From: Candidatus Omnitrophota bacterium
Lineage (GTDB): Bacteria; Omnitrophota; Gorgyraeia; 1-14-0-20-64-10
Direction of reading: 5' to 3'
Assembly: GCA_016177405.1 (NCBI GenBank)
Contig: JACOVG010000033.1
Location: forward strand, 41,486 to 105,485
Length of the DNA stretch: 64,000 nt
The number at the start of each line of letters is the position of its first letter. Within the stretch, counting starts at the first letter, position 1. The position numbers were made by a program, and so were the translations under genes. This document shows positions 62,531 to 64,000 of the stretch, one piece after another. The notes beneath the pieces were generated by a model. That model ran no database searches, had not been told where the DNA came from, and saw only the letters and a program-made list of their open reading frames with translations.

Positions 62531-64000
62531 TAACCCAACGATGCGCAGCCCTTCGCAAAACAACAGCACAAGCGATCTTCCCAGACGCCTGATCGCTCTT
62601 ATCCTCGCGTTGGCCCTTGCCTTCTCGCAGGCCGCCCCGGCCCTCGCCCTGCGGGCGAGCCAGCCGGAGGATCCCGCCGCCCTCGCCAGGATCCAGTCCG
62701 GTCTGGAGGAGGGCGGCCAGAAGGAGCTGCGCGGCATCACCCTGCGGCTCATCGATCTGAATCGCGAGCTTAAAAAGACACTTGAAGGCCGCGACTGGGG
62801 GGAGATGGGCCGCATCCTGGATAGGCTGGAACGCACCCACATCCCAGAATGGATTAGGCAGGACAAAGGAATCAAGGCCCTCCTCCTGGAGGCCCAGTGG
62901 TACCGGATTGCCTGGCTTACGTATCTGCAGATAGAGAAGATTGATGAGCTGCCGCCAGGAGATCCCCTGCCGGCCGCGATTCAGCGCGACCTGCAGGAGG
63001 CCTTGACCCTCATACCTCTCTTGCTGAAAGAGGAGAATGCCAAGCTCCTGGCGGAGGAGGCCTTGGCCCATTTGAGGCAGATTCTCATCGCCATCGTCAG
63101 CACCTTCTCCGCCCGCAGGGCCTCGGAGAGTTCCAGGGAGCCCCTCCTTAACGATCGCCAGATGAGAAACCATCTCTTTGACCATCCGGAGTGGGATCTG
63201 CCCGAGAGATCCATTTGGGTGCGCTTGGCCAAGGCCAACCTGAACAAGCTGCAGCCCCTGTCCCAGGAGGACGAGGAGTTCCTTGGCGCCACCTACCGGT
63301 TCCTGGCTTTCCTGACGCTGGCGGTGTACAGCTTTCATCCCGAGACGTTTAAGTCCCTTGACCCCGAGGAGATCGAGCTTCTCCACATGATCTGGGATGT
63401 CATCGTCGCCTACCGCGGCGGGGAAGAGATTTTCTGGGAGGAGATCCCAGAGCCGGCCCGGCTGGCGAAAGCTCTGGAGAGGGCGCTTAAGGGGCACAAG
63501 GTTCCGGAAAGATTGAGTGAGCTACGAGAGAAGGCCAAAGAGGGAAACCTCCGCTTCCTTTCTCTGTTGGCATCCGAAGGGTTGGGGCTGCTGGCCGAGG
63601 TGGCCAACCAGATGGCACTGCCGCAGACCCGCTTTAACCTTCTGGTGGCCTCCACCCACTGGGAGAAACCGGCAGAGGGAGATTTCTCTCTTGCGCCTCG
63701 AATCACCGATTTGGCCCAGGCGTCCCCCTCCCACCGCTTTGGGCAGTACCAAGCAGAGTCTTCGTGGGTCGAGACAATGCACGGTTTCTTGAGACATTAC
63801 CGTCTTTTCCTTGAGGATGAATTCTTCCGAGAGATCATGGTCAAAAAGGGATTGCGCCTGCCGTCGGCCGACGAGCTTGAGAAGGATTTTAGGGATAGAA
63901 ATCGCCAGGCCCTCGCGGCGAAGATGGAGGAAATCCAGAGAGCAGTCCAGACTTTGGAGGGGCTCGGCAACTCAAGATTTGCAGCCCTTACCTCCCCCCT
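62531..64000 (+). CDS. Secreted hypothetical protein, 3'-partial (runs off the window)
   Basis: Open frame from the ATG at ~62531 to the window end. It is absent from the ORF track because it has no stop. Signal peptide MRSPSQNNSTSDLPRRLIALILALALAFSQAAPALA and protein-like composition. The opposite-strand ORF 62454-63497 is judged antisense. Confidence 0.5.

Noticed and set aside
62501-62535. Sigma-54 promoter reading of the TGGCAC contained in the palindromic element
   Set aside because: There is a -24-like TGGCAC, but no TTGCW -12 element at the required 5-bp spacing at either copy.
58250-62875. 1541-aa minus-strand ORF spanning the whole of gltB
   Set aside because: It is antisense to an unambiguous glutamate synthase gene. 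Its composition is dominated by G, R, A, L, P and Q, as expected for the reverse frame of high-GC coding DNA. Other long antisense ORFs were rejected the same way. They are 13679-15058(+), 14268-15209(-), 24319-25428(-), 28054-29790(-), 33699-34910(-), 34953-36485(-), 45936-46892(-), 47865-49769(-), 49222-50406(-), 53706-55535(+), 55680-56921(+) and 10398-11396(+).
62454-63497. 347-aa minus-strand ORF after gltB
   Set aside because: The + strand carries an open frame from ~62531 to the window end with a clear signal peptide and protein-like composition. The minus ORF is Gly/Leu/Gln/Arg-rich antisense.
1-64000. CRISPR arrays, rRNA or tRNA genes, and IS elements
   Set aside because: No regularly spaced direct repeats, no tRNA-like GTTCGAATCC or acceptor patterns in the intergenic regions, and no transposase-like ORFs were seen.

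Overview
This is a high-GC (~65-67%) bacterial chromosomal segment with almost all real genes on the + strand. Long antisense ORFs are abundant and are treated as GC artefacts. All coordinates come from the supplied ORF track. Positions I read from the raw lines agree with it at most checkpoints but may be off by 1 nt in places.

Gene content in order:
- Arsenite methyltransferase with a PiT-family transporter, a GH1 beta-glucosidase, a GT2-DUF2064 fusion and a secreted hydrolase.
- A 786-aa secreted protein, a ferredoxin and greA.
- An RND efflux locus on the - strand, in which a MarR regulator and a TolC-like outer membrane protein are fused in frame and no periplasmic adaptor is present.
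- An MFS transporter and a NYN-domain protein.
- A tight operon of secreted proteins: a transglutaminase-like protein with Ser in place of the catalytic Cys, a ~1480-aa protein with five discoidin-like repeats, a PPC domain and two vWA domains, a lipoprotein, a hypothetical protein and a DoxX protein.
- Thiolase, VanZ, an EEP-family nuclease, an aminotransferase, a TPR lipoprotein, a cold-shock protein, a small ORF or sRNA locus, and a delta-9 desaturase.
- The most interesting block (32.9-43.9 kb): a self-contained type IV filament (T2SS / type IV pilus-like) cluster. It is headed by an excisionase-family HTH protein, a CheY-like response regulator and a GAF histidine kinase. It continues with GspE/PilB, GspF/PilC, a major pseudopilin, an embedded second histidine kinase, GspI/J-like pseudopilins, a GspK-like tip pseudopilin with a discoidin lectin domain, a PilM-PilN (GspL-like) fusion, and PilO- and PilP-like proteins. 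No secretin or prepilin peptidase lies in the window.
- dinB, a two-partner secretion pair (TpsB plus a 1892-aa TpsA), a small secreted protein, an FNR-like reductase with class II RNR (nrdJ), a DUF1802 gene, gltB, and a partial secreted-protein gene running off the 3' edge.

Two recurring non-coding elements stand out. One is a shared promoter architecture (TTGcTT, 17 bp, GGC-CATAsT) upstream of five secreted or filament genes. The other is a 24-bp perfect hairpin (GGTGCCAGG-N6-CCTGGCACC) present twice, in the leaders of two secreted-protein genes.
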